Virus record (IMG/VR): IMGVR_UViG_3300035703_000006
Coordinates: 124,001 to 188,000 of that record
Reading direction: 5' to 3' (one strand)
Length of the DNA stretch: 64,000 nt
A program made the translations under genes and the position numbers. Shown here one piece after another: positions 15,956 through 24,028 of this stretch (the stretch's first letter is position 1; each line of letters opens with the position of its first letter). The notes under the pieces were generated by a model, which was not told the DNA's origin, searched no databases, and saw only the letters and a list, made by a program, of their open reading frames with translations.

Positions 15956-16900
15956 ATGTCCTTTGCTGATCTTAAAAAGCAATCCAAGATGGGTTCTTTG
16001 ACCGAGAAACTCATCAAACAAGTAGAAAAATTGAATGAAAGTGGTTCCAAAGATGATGATCGTTTTTGGAAACCCGTGATGGATAAAGGTGGTACTGGTT
16101 CCGCAATTATTAGGTTTCTTCCTGCTGCTGAAGGTAATGATCTTCCTTGGGTGCAAGTGTGGTCTCACGCATTTCAAGGCACTGGTGGTTGGTTGATTGA
16201 TAATTGTCTCACTACTCTTGGTCAACAATGTCCTGTTTGTGAGGCTAATCGTGAATTGTGGAATACTGGAAGTAAGGATAATCAAAATATTGTTCGTGAT
16301 CGTAAACGTAAACTTTCATATTTTGCAAACATTTATGTCGTAAAAGATCCTGCCAATCCTGCAAATGAAGGTAGAGTATTCCTTTATAAGTTTGGCAAAA
16401 AAGTTTTCGATAAGATTACTGCAGCAATGCAACCTGAGTTTGATGATGAAGAACCAATCAACCCCTTTGACTTTTGGAAAGGAGCAAACTTCAAACTGAA
16501 ACTGGTCAAGAAAGATGGATATTGGAACTATGATAAATCAGAGTTTGCTTCACCTTCAATTCTTCTTGATGATGACGATGAACTTGAAAAAATCTATAAG
16601 TCTCTTCATAATCTGAATGATTTTACTGATGCATCTCAATTCAAGTCATATGATGATTTGAAAAAACGTCTTGAGTATACTTTGGGTCTTCGTGGTGTTC
16701 CTAAGATGCAAGATCCAGAAACTATCGATGAAGAGGAAGAGTGGAACAATGAAAGAAGTGGTAAAACATCTTCTTCTGAACTTCCCAGCAATCTTCGTTC
16801 CGAATTGAATAGTTTGAGTTCTAGTAAATCTTCTAGTAGTGAAGATGATGAAGATGAGGACGATGCTCTCTCATACTTCCAAAAGTTGGCAGAGTCCTGA
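15956..16900 (+). CDS. g32: Single-stranded DNA-binding protein gp32
   Basis: DDRFWKP, IIRFLPA, WSHAFQG, CPVCE, INPFDFWKGANFKLK, acidic C-terminal tail. Confidence 0.97.
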   Translation: MSFADLKKQSKMGSLTEKLIKQVEKLNESGSKDDDRFWKPVMDKGGTGSAIIRFLPAAEGNDLPWVQVWSHAFQGTGGWLIDNCLTTLGQQCPVCEANRELWNTGSKDNQNIVRDRKRKLSYFANIYVVKDPANPANEGRVFLYKFGKKVFDKITAAMQPEFDDEEPINPFDFWKGANFKLKLVKKDGYWNYDKSEFASPSILLDDDDELEKIYKSLHNLNDFTDASQFKSYDDLKKRLEYTLGLRGVPKMQDPETIDEEEEWNNERSGKTSSSELPSNLRSELNSLSSSKSSSSEDDEDEDDALSYFQKLAES

Positions 16901-16927
16901 TTTCAAAATCGACTTTTAAATCCATTT

Positions 16928-16957
16928 TACCCTCGAAAAAATCGGGGGTATTTTTTT
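16928..16957 (+). terminator. Intrinsic terminator after g32
   Basis: taccctcga-aaaaa-tcgggggta plus T7. Confidence 0.8.
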
Positions 16958-16968
16958 GTCTGTAGGGT

Positions 16969-17262
16969 TCAAACCCCTGTGATTTTTGGATTATAACCAC
17001 GTTTAGTTGTTCGGTTTATGTATTGAGAAGACTCATCATATTTCATAATATTCTTCATATCACTTACGAACACAGATACAAATTCTGGTTTTAGAATTAA
17101 AATGAGTCTTTTCTTTTCATTTTGATCAACTTCATATTCATAGTTTGTAACTGCTTTAAAACTATTTTTTGTTGATACTATATTTCCAGTAGGTGTGGTA
17201 ATTTTAGTATCTTGTTTTTCTGTTGATATTTTTATTTTTACACCAGGTAATGGAGTTGCCAT
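16969..17262 (-). CDS. g53: Baseplate wedge gp53, C-terminal part as a separate ORF
   Basis: VTNYEYEVDQNEKKRLILILKPEFV...MKYDESSQYI is the usual gp53 C-terminus. Confidence 0.75.
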   Translation of the reverse strand: MATPLPGVKIKISTEKQDTKITTPTGNIVSTKNSFKAVTNYEYEVDQNEKKRLILILKPEFVSVFVSDMKNIMKYDESSQYINRTTKRGYNPKITGV

Positions 17263-17274
17263 TTTTATTTTTAT

Positions 17275-18117
17275 TTAGGATTGAGGTAAAAATTTAAACA
17301 CTGGAACTACTTTTCCATCTTGAAGTTCTCCGACAATTTCATACAATGTTGGATCTAATACGACATCATTATCAAATACAACATCACCGACTTGTATTGT
17401 TGTTGATATGCTATTTCTTCCTACTACTGCAAAACTTCCACCCCAACTATTTGGCCAATCGGATAAAGTATTTGTAATTGAAATTGGGGTATTAGTGTCT
17501 CTTGCCTTTACTTGTAAGAATGATTTGTTAGTTTCAATATCTTTTACAATCGCATCTGTATTTTCATTTGTGACATTGTTTCCGAAAACACGAACGAATT
17601 GGTTTAAATTGATTGTGATTACATTGTTTGTATCGGCACTTGGAAACTCAGATAGATTATAATCAAGATCTGTTGAATTTGTTGTAACTGATATTGTTTT
17701 TGGTGGGTCAACATACAAACCACCAGGAACAATTAGTCTATTAAAATCATCTCTAACTTCTATTGTCTCATAATGATGAACTTCTCCTATAGTTTCATCG
17801 TCACCATATTTGTCTAAAAGATACTTATAGAGACTATTATTGTCTAAAGGCCATTGATCATTTAAATTTGTGATATTATTTGCAATTAAAATGACCCAAT
17901 CAAGATCAGAATTGTTATAAACTTTTTGTGCTACTTGGTCTGGTCTTTCATTATCTGTAATTTGATAATATTCAAATGCTGTAACTGCATTGGCAATATC
18001 TTCTCTAAGTTTTGGTCTTTTGAATAGATTTTTTGTGATTATATAATCATCATTGAAACTTTGATTTGGAAAGTTTGAGATATACTCAAAATTGGGAAGT
18101 TCTCTAAAGTATGACAT
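17275..18117 (-). CDS. g53: Baseplate wedge gp53, N-terminal part with C-terminal extension
   Basis: MSYFRELPN...ERPDQVAQKVY...DWVILIANNITN...QWPL...HHYET. Confidence 0.88.
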   Translation of the reverse strand: MSYFRELPNFEYISNFPNQSFNDDYIITKNLFKRPKLREDIANAVTAFEYYQITDNERPDQVAQKVYNNSDLDWVILIANNITNLNDQWPLDNNSLYKYLLDKYGDDETIGEVHHYETIEVRDDFNRLIVPGGLYVDPPKTISVTTNSTDLDYNLSEFPSADTNNVITINLNQFVRVFGNNVTNENTDAIVKDIETNKSFLQVKARDTNTPISITNTLSDWPNSWGGSFAVVGRNSISTTIQVGDVVFDNDVVLDPTLYEIVGELQDGKVVPVFKFLPQS

Positions 18118-18118
18118 A

Positions 18119-19630
18119 TCAGTATCCTATATCGTCGTCGGTAATTTTTGCATAATCATTAGATAAACCATCAAAGATTTTATCTTGATAATCACTTTCA
18201 TAAATTGGTTCAATTTCTTGAAATCCTAGTGTCATTGTATATGAAACAGGTTGCCCTTCTTCATATGCAGACCATTGACCATCAGGTGCATAATTTACCG
18301 ACACTCCTTGAAGAGCACATATTTTAAATTTATTTACCCCTTCAATTGGTTTTTTTCCTGTTGTTCTGTACTCTAATTTAAATACATTTGGAGATCCAAG
18401 AAAAACTGATCCTTGCCCAGCACCTCCTGATGCATTTAGCTTTCTAGCAGCACTTCCTTGCTTGAAGAATCTAATAATTCTTCTTACGTCCTTTGCTTCT
18501 TCTTCACTTCTTGGACTGAAACGATACGCAAATTGGAATTGACGGAGAGTTGGACCTCTGAATAATAATTCAAGATTTGAATTGGGAACTATGCCAGCAC
18601 CCCTTGCCAAAATACTTTCTGGGGAAACTTCAAATTGAGCATTCTTTAATATCATTGCCATTAATGCTGTTTTCACTTCTGGCATATTTAAGTCCGCACC
18701 TGCTTGTTTTAATAATGCTGCTTGATTTATAGCACCTGTAGGTAATGAAAGTCCTGCCTTTGTTTGTGCGAGTGCATTGGTAAATCCAACTAAAGCTTGT
18801 TGAAGTCCAGTTCCAAATAAATTTTGCCCAACAGCACCAGTCACTGCCGTTGTCATATTATTCATTCTATCATCTCCCCATTCTACATTATTTGAGTCTG
18901 ATATTCCTGCGGGGATTGGTAAAATTACGGAACCTATAGAATCTTTTAATAGGGCACTATTTCTTTGAACTCCTTTTGTAAATATATCTGCAATATTTAC
19001 AGGTGTTGTGCCTGGTTTCGGATCAAATAAGTCTCCAAGAGGTGGACGATACCTAAACATTTCAATATGGAGGGTATCTTGTTGATTTTCTAGTATATCT
19101 TTTGGGTATTTCAGTACACCTTTAAATAACTTATCTTCATTTACACTTTCAAATTTTTTATAATTTCCTAGATTAAGTCCCGGATCAAAGAAGTTTCCTT
19201 GTCCCAGTGGAGCAGACAATGCCGTACCAATTCCAGGAATTGAAGGTGGTGGACCTGATCCTACTGGAGCATTATAAACACGAAATTTATCTTTATTTTC
19301 TGGTTTTGCTGCAGTATTAACCACATTACCTTTTGCTGTTCCACCTCTTGTTTGAAATGCAGCATAAACTTTTTTATTAATATCAATTGATAAATCTTTT
19401 GCTAATTGTGTTGGTCTATTTGGATCACCATCTACAAATAGTTTTGGATCTTTTATTGCATCGGAATACCAAACACCATTAGAAAAATACACAGAAGGAC
19501 TTAAAAGGGATAAACCTTTTAGTTCATAATCTCCTGTCTTATAATTGTAATTTATGCCAAGTTTTATTTCTCCAAATGAACCTGGAGGGGTGGATCTATA
19601 AAAATCTTCATCTAGAGTAATCCAAGACAT
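18119..19630 (-). CDS. g48: Baseplate tail-tube cap gp48
   Basis: ILPIPAGISDSNNVEW, NLELLFRGPTLRQFQF..FSPRSEEEA, FQEIEPIY. Confidence 0.88.
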   Translation of the reverse strand: MSWITLDEDFYRSTPPGSFGEIKLGINYNYKTGDYELKGLSLLSPSVYFSNGVWYSDAIKDPKLFVDGDPNRPTQLAKDLSIDINKKVYAAFQTRGGTAKGNVVNTAAKPENKDKFRVYNAPVGSGPPPSIPGIGTALSAPLGQGNFFDPGLNLGNYKKFESVNEDKLFKGVLKYPKDILENQQDTLHIEMFRYRPPLGDLFDPKPGTTPVNIADIFTKGVQRNSALLKDSIGSVILPIPAGISDSNNVEWGDDRMNNMTTAVTGAVGQNLFGTGLQQALVGFTNALAQTKAGLSLPTGAINQAALLKQAGADLNMPEVKTALMAMILKNAQFEVSPESILARGAGIVPNSNLELLFRGPTLRQFQFAYRFSPRSEEEAKDVRRIIRFFKQGSAARKLNASGGAGQGSVFLGSPNVFKLEYRTTGKKPIEGVNKFKICALQGVSVNYAPDGQWSAYEEGQPVSYTMTLGFQEIEPIYESDYQDKIFDGLSNDYAKITDDDIGY

Positions 19631-20128
19631 TTATGGTGCGTCCCAAACTTTAGTTTTAAATACAGGTTGTCCTCTTCTATCAACAAATTTCTCTGTAGGA
19701 AGTAAGGATACTCCTCCCCATTCTCCTTCAGGCACTTTGAAGAAATCACTTACTACTCCAGAGAAGAGATATTTATGTAAAGTTTTCTTGGGTGCATTTA
19801 CAATACCTGATTTATTTAGATAAGAATTTGCAACTGCTTCACGATATTTTGGTGTCAGATAATGAAGGTTTGAACCCAAAAAAGAACCTTCTCTTGGATT
19901 TACTTCAATAATATAAGATAAAGGATGCATATCCCAATAATCATATCGTTGTGGGTATTTGGCACTATACATAAAAAATACCAAATCCCCTGGAATAATA
20001 AAACTTGTATCCAATTGATTGATATTTTTTTTATTATATTCTAATAAAGAATTCATTAAAGAATTCACATACCAACTAGTGCTTTTATATTTTCCTCCTG
20101 TTTCTTTGATAATTTCTTCTGCTATCAT
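19631..20128 (-). CDS. g2: DNA end protector gp2
   Basis: FFMYSAKY..YWDMHPL..GSNLHYL; synteny. Confidence 0.82.
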   Translation of the reverse strand: MIAEEIIKETGGKYKSTSWYVNSLMNSLLEYNKKNINQLDTSFIIPGDLVFFMYSAKYPQRYDYWDMHPLSYIIEVNPREGSFLGSNLHYLTPKYREAVANSYLNKSGIVNAPKKTLHKYLFSGVVSDFFKVPEGEWGGVSLLPTEKFVDRRGQPVFKTKVWDAP

Positions 20129-20592
20129 TTGATGGAAATTCCTAAATCTTTTTCTGTCAGCACACGAAACTCATAATTTCTATCAGCACAATATTCTCTT
20201 GCTGCTTCCCATTTTGCTTGATTGACTGCCCAAGTTTTGACTGCATATGCCCAAGATTTTGTTTTTCTTTTTGGATTTGTTTCTGGCATTTTTAAATCTT
20301 TTTGTGGTTTAATTTCGACAACTAGATGTCTATTATTTCCATTCTTATCTTTATACTTAACAAAGAAGTCTGGGAAGTATCTATGAACTTTATTGTCTAT
20401 TGGAGAACGATATGGGATCCAAAATTCTTCAGACTTCCAAGTATTTACACTTTCAGTTAAGTCACAATATTGCATAAACTTTAATTCATATGATGACCTA
20501 TAAACTATATTTGTTGGGTCACCATTATATTTTTCTGGGTTTTGTGGTCTGTATTTTCCTTGTCTATATTTACTATCTTCGTTACGAGGCAT
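20125..20592 (-). CDS. g4: Head completion nuclease gp4
   Basis: KYNGDPTNIVYRSSYE...HRYFPDF...EIKP...NQAKWEAA. Confidence 0.92.
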   Translation of the reverse strand: MPRNEDSKYRQGKYRPQNPEKYNGDPTNIVYRSSYELKFMQYCDLTESVNTWKSEEFWIPYRSPIDNKVHRYFPDFFVKYKDKNGNNRHLVVEIKPQKDLKMPETNPKRKTKSWAYAVKTWAVNQAKWEAAREYCADRNYEFRVLTEKDLGISIK

Positions 20593-20614
20593 ACATATTA
20601 TATAATCTTAATCG

Positions 20615-20622
20615 TATTTATA
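20615..20622 (-). promoter_or_regulatory. T4-type late promoter for the leftward g4-g2-g48-g53 unit
   Basis: TATAAATA on the minus strand, 22 nt upstream of the g4 ATG. Confidence 0.75.
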
Positions 20623-20623
20623 A

Positions 20624-21322
20624 ATGGCATCAAGAGGACCAGGAGCAGGACAACCTGAAGTTGGTTTTTTGTATAAGACAACAGATGAAGCAAGAAAAAT
20701 CTTTGGTAAATTATCTCTCACTAGTCAATTTAAAGTATCATTGCACTTGACTAATAATGATGTTAATTTGATGGGATGGTTGAAAAAAGCTGAAATTACA
20801 GATAATTTAGAAGTCTCAAATTTATTTGATTTTTATTGTGCAGAGACTTCACTTCCTGGTGCAACTTTTGATGTCACAGAGGAGATTGGGTCACGTCAAG
20901 GGGTGATAGAAAGATTTCCAACTAAAAGAGTTTATCCTGATGTGACGATGACTTTCTATGTTGACTATGATTATAAACTTATTCGTCTTTTTGAGGAATG
21001 GATGAATTATATCAATCCCATTTATACAGATGACGGAGAGTTTCAACCAAATCCGAAAGGACAGGGAGACGCAAAAAATCGTTCAGACTTTTTTAGACTT
21101 AAATATCCAGATACATATAAGAGAATTATATCAATTGTAAAATTTGAAAGAGATTTAAATAAAACTAATGATGTACCAAGAATAACCTATCGTTTAATTG
21201 ATGCATTTCCTACAAACATAGCAGCGATGCCAGTAACTTATGAAGGAAGTACAATCACTAAAACAATAGTTACTTTTAGTTATTCACGTTATGTAATTGA
21301 AAAACACAAAGCAAGGACGTAA
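20624..21322 (+). CDS. Tail-tube initiator/gp19-fold protein (gp54-like)
   Basis: CAETSLPG, R.YPDVTMTFYVD..Y..LFEEWM, DAFP..I..M.VTY; synteny before g26. Confidence 0.75.
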   Translation: MASRGPGAGQPEVGFLYKTTDEARKIFGKLSLTSQFKVSLHLTNNDVNLMGWLKKAEITDNLEVSNLFDFYCAETSLPGATFDVTEEIGSRQGVIERFPTKRVYPDVTMTFYVDYDYKLIRLFEEWMNYINPIYTDDGEFQPNPKGQGDAKNRSDFFRLKYPDTYKRIISIVKFERDLNKTNDVPRITYRLIDAFPTNIAAMPVTYEGSTITKTIVTFSYSRYVIEKHKART

Positions 21323-21350
21323 ATAAATAAAAGCACTGAACTATTGAATT

Positions 21351-22079
21351 ATGCCATTACCTAAGATTTCTACACCAACGTATGAATTGGTTTTACCCTC
21401 AACTGGAAAAACAATTAAATACAGACCATTTTTAGTTAAAGAAGAAAAAATATTAATTCTTGCTCTTGAAAGCCAAGATACAAAAGAAATTACAAATGCA
21501 ATTAAACAAGTATTAAAGGATTGCATTTTAACCAAAGGAGTTAAAGTAGAGGAACTTCCAACTTTTGACATTGAATATTTGTTCTTAAATCTTCGTTCAA
21601 AGTCTGTTGGTGAATCTATTGATTTGATTATTACTTGCAGTGATGATATGGAAACCCAAGTTCCAGTCACAATTTATATTGATGAAATTCAAGTTCAAAA
21701 AGAAGAAGGTCATAGTATTGATATCAATCTTGATGGAAATTTAACTTTAAGAATGAAGTATCCATCTTTAGATCAGTTTATTAAAAATAATTTTGATTTT
21801 AGTACAGAACAGAGTGCATCAAATATTGAAAAGTCATTAGATATTATTGCTTCTTGTATTGATATAATATTCAGTGCAGAAGAGAGTTGGGCAGCATCTG
21901 ATTGCACAAAGAAAGAATTAGTTTCTTGGATTGAATCATTAGATTCAAATCAATTTAAACAAATTGAAAACTTTTTTAGTACAATGCCAAAACTTGCTCA
22001 TAAAGTAAAAGTCAAGAATCCAAAGACAGGAGTTGAAAGTGAAGTTACGTTGGAGGGGTTAACATCTTTTTTCGGTTGA
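21351..22079 (+). CDS. g26: Baseplate hub subunit gp26
   Basis: MPLPKISTPTYELVLPS...YRPFLVKEEKIL...FDIEYLFL.LR.KSVGE...TMPKL. Confidence 0.92.
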   Translation: MPLPKISTPTYELVLPSTGKTIKYRPFLVKEEKILILALESQDTKEITNAIKQVLKDCILTKGVKVEELPTFDIEYLFLNLRSKSVGESIDLIITCSDDMETQVPVTIYIDEIQVQKEEGHSIDINLDGNLTLRMKYPSLDQFIKNNFDFSTEQSASNIEKSLDIIASCIDIIFSAEESWAASDCTKKELVSWIESLDSNQFKQIENFFSTMPKLAHKVKVKNPKTGVESEVTLEGLTSFFG

Positions 22080-22081
22080 GT

Positions 22082-22255
22082 ATGGCATATATGGAATTGG
22101 AGGCATATTTTAGAATTAACTTCGCATTACTTCAATTTCATAAATGGCCGATTGGTGATGTTGGAAATATGATCCCTTGGGAAAGAGATATCTACTTAAC
22201 ACTTCTTCAACAACATATTGAAGATGAGAAATTAAAACAACAAAATGCTCAATAA
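22082..22255 (+). CDS. g51: Baseplate hub assembly catalyst gp51, 57 aa (not in ORF track)
   Basis: YFRINFALLQFHKW...NMIPWERDIYLTLLQQHIEDE. Confidence 0.88.
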   Translation: MAYMELEAYFRINFALLQFHKWPIGDVGNMIPWERDIYLTLLQQHIEDEKLKQQNAQ

Positions 22256-22279
22256 ATAATTTCAAAAGAAAAAAGTAAG

Positions 22280-24028
22280 ATGGCAATAGGTTCGGTTCTG
22301 AACCCAGAAAAAATAGTAGGTAAACAGAATACAAACCAACAACTTGCTAGAAATTTTATTTCTGGTGGGTCTTTTCTTGGGACATCTTCAATTGCTTCTG
22401 CTGCAAATAAAATAGTAGGATTTCAGAGGGGTACTGCAAAACCAGTTCCATCTTCAGTAGATTCAATTGTAAGTACTATTTCTACAAATATTACAAATAA
22501 TATAACAGGTACTTTAAATAATACTCTTCAGAGTTTTACCTCAGATTATAAGAAAAGAGTATCTGACGTTGATTCTGCAAAACCAACTAGCATTATAAGT
22601 AAATTTTTAACTACTTATAAAAATGTAACACAATTTATTCAGTTTTTTGGGAACAAAAAATTTGTGAATGGAATAAGTGATAATTTAAAAAGTCTTTCAA
22701 AATCATTTACTGAAAGTTTTGAAGTTGCAAAATTAATTCGTCAGGTCATTGTAAAAATAGTACAACAATTATCAAATCTCCCAAAAGCAACTCCTGGTGG
22801 TGGAGGTGGAATTGATATTGATGTTGATGTTCCTATGGGTGGTGTGAGAAAGAGCGCACCAAGAGGACTTGGGAATATGTTTAAAGGAAGAGGCAAAATG
22901 CTTGCTCTTGGTGCTGGTGCTCTTGGAGTAGGTGCTGTTGGTGCTGGTGCAGTCAATGCACTTTCTAATGTTGATGAAATCAGAGCAGGAATGTTCCAAC
23001 CAGGAGATGGTGGAGACATTATATCAACTTTTGGTTCTGCGATAGAGAGATTTATTGCAGCAATCAATACGATGGTTGGCATTGGGAAAGGTTCTAAACC
23101 TCCTGGTGGTGGAAGTAGTGGTGGAGGAGGTGGTGGGGGAAGTCCTGGTAGTCCTGGTGGTCCTGGTCCTGGTGGTCCTGGTCCTGGAATCACTCCCCCA
23201 CCAACTGGTGAGATAAGTGGTAATCAACAACAAATTGAATCTCAAATGTTTGATTATCTTAAACAAAATTATGGAGAAAATGTTGCTTATGGTATGTTGT
23301 CCAATGCAATGAGGGAAAGTGGTTATAGAACTAATGCACCAGAAGGTGGTTTTTTTGGAATGTTTCAATTAGATAAAAACAGAGAAGCAAGATTTAAGGA
23401 ATGGGCAAAATCTAAAAATCTTGATCCAATGAGTCACCAGGCCCAATTGCAGTATGGGGTTATAGAGGCACAACAACTTGGAACTTTAGATAGAATGAAA
23501 GCAGCAAAAACACCAGAAGATGCTGCAAGTCTTTTTTATAATGAATTTGAAAGAGCTGCTTATAGCAAACCGATTGTTGGTTCTGCGTATACACCTGACA
23601 ATCCACATGAACAAAAAAATAGAATATTTCTACAGAAAATAAAAGAAAGGCAATCTAAAAGAGTCCCTGGAACAATTCCTGGAGCACCACCAGCTCCAGT
23701 ATTGCCCTCTCCCCAACAATCACCTTTAGGGCAAGGTGGGCCAGATTTACCAGATTATATGCTTCCCCCAGAAAAAAGAGATCAATATAGAAACTTAGCA
23801 ACCAATGTTTCGCAACCTGTTCAGACAGCAGCACAATCACAAACAAATATTGTACCAATAGATTTGTCTGGCACAATTCCTCAACAATCTCAAGGTGGTG
23901 GAGGAGGTGTTTCGGCACCACCATCAACTCAAAAAAATGGACCTTCAGTTCCACTATTACCTTCTACAAACACCGATAACTTTTTAGTTTTATATTCAAG
24001 AATGGTTTATAACATAGTAGACGGATAA
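22280..24028 (+). CDS. Large tail-associated protein with phage tail lysozyme (lysozyme2-type) domain
   Basis: GMLSNAMRESG...GMFQL...QLQY...TPEDAASLFYNEFER at about 23225-23560, after a helical region and a Gly/Pro linker. Confidence 0.78.
   Translation: MAIGSVLNPEKIVGKQNTNQQLARNFISGGSFLGTSSIASAANKIVGFQRGTAKPVPSSVDSIVSTISTNITNNITGTLNNTLQSFTSDYKKRVSDVDSAKPTSIISKFLTTYKNVTQFIQFFGNKKFVNGISDNLKSLSKSFTESFEVAKLIRQVIVKIVQQLSNLPKATPGGGGGIDIDVDVPMGGVRKSAPRGLGNMFKGRGKMLALGAGALGVGAVGAGAVNALSNVDEIRAGMFQPGDGGDIISTFGSAIERFIAAINTMVGIGKGSKPPGGGSSGGGGGGGSPGSPGGPGPGGPGPGITPPPTGEISGNQQQIESQMFDYLKQNYGENVAYGMLSNAMRESGYRTNAPEGGFFGMFQLDKNREARFKEWAKSKNLDPMSHQAQLQYGVIEAQQLGTLDRMKAAKTPEDAASLFYNEFERAAYSKPIVGSAYTPDNPHEQKNRIFLQKIKERQSKRVPGTIPGAPPAPVLPSPQQSPLGQGGPDLPDYMLPPEKRDQYRNLATNVSQPVQTAAQSQTNIVPIDLSGTIPQQSQGGGGGVSAPPSTQKNGPSVPLLPSTNTDNFLVLYSRMVYNIVDG

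Noticed and set aside
7254-23193. Pro-rich antisense ORFs (7254, 9032, 22741)
   Set aside because: Reverse complements of GGN-rich glycine tracts.
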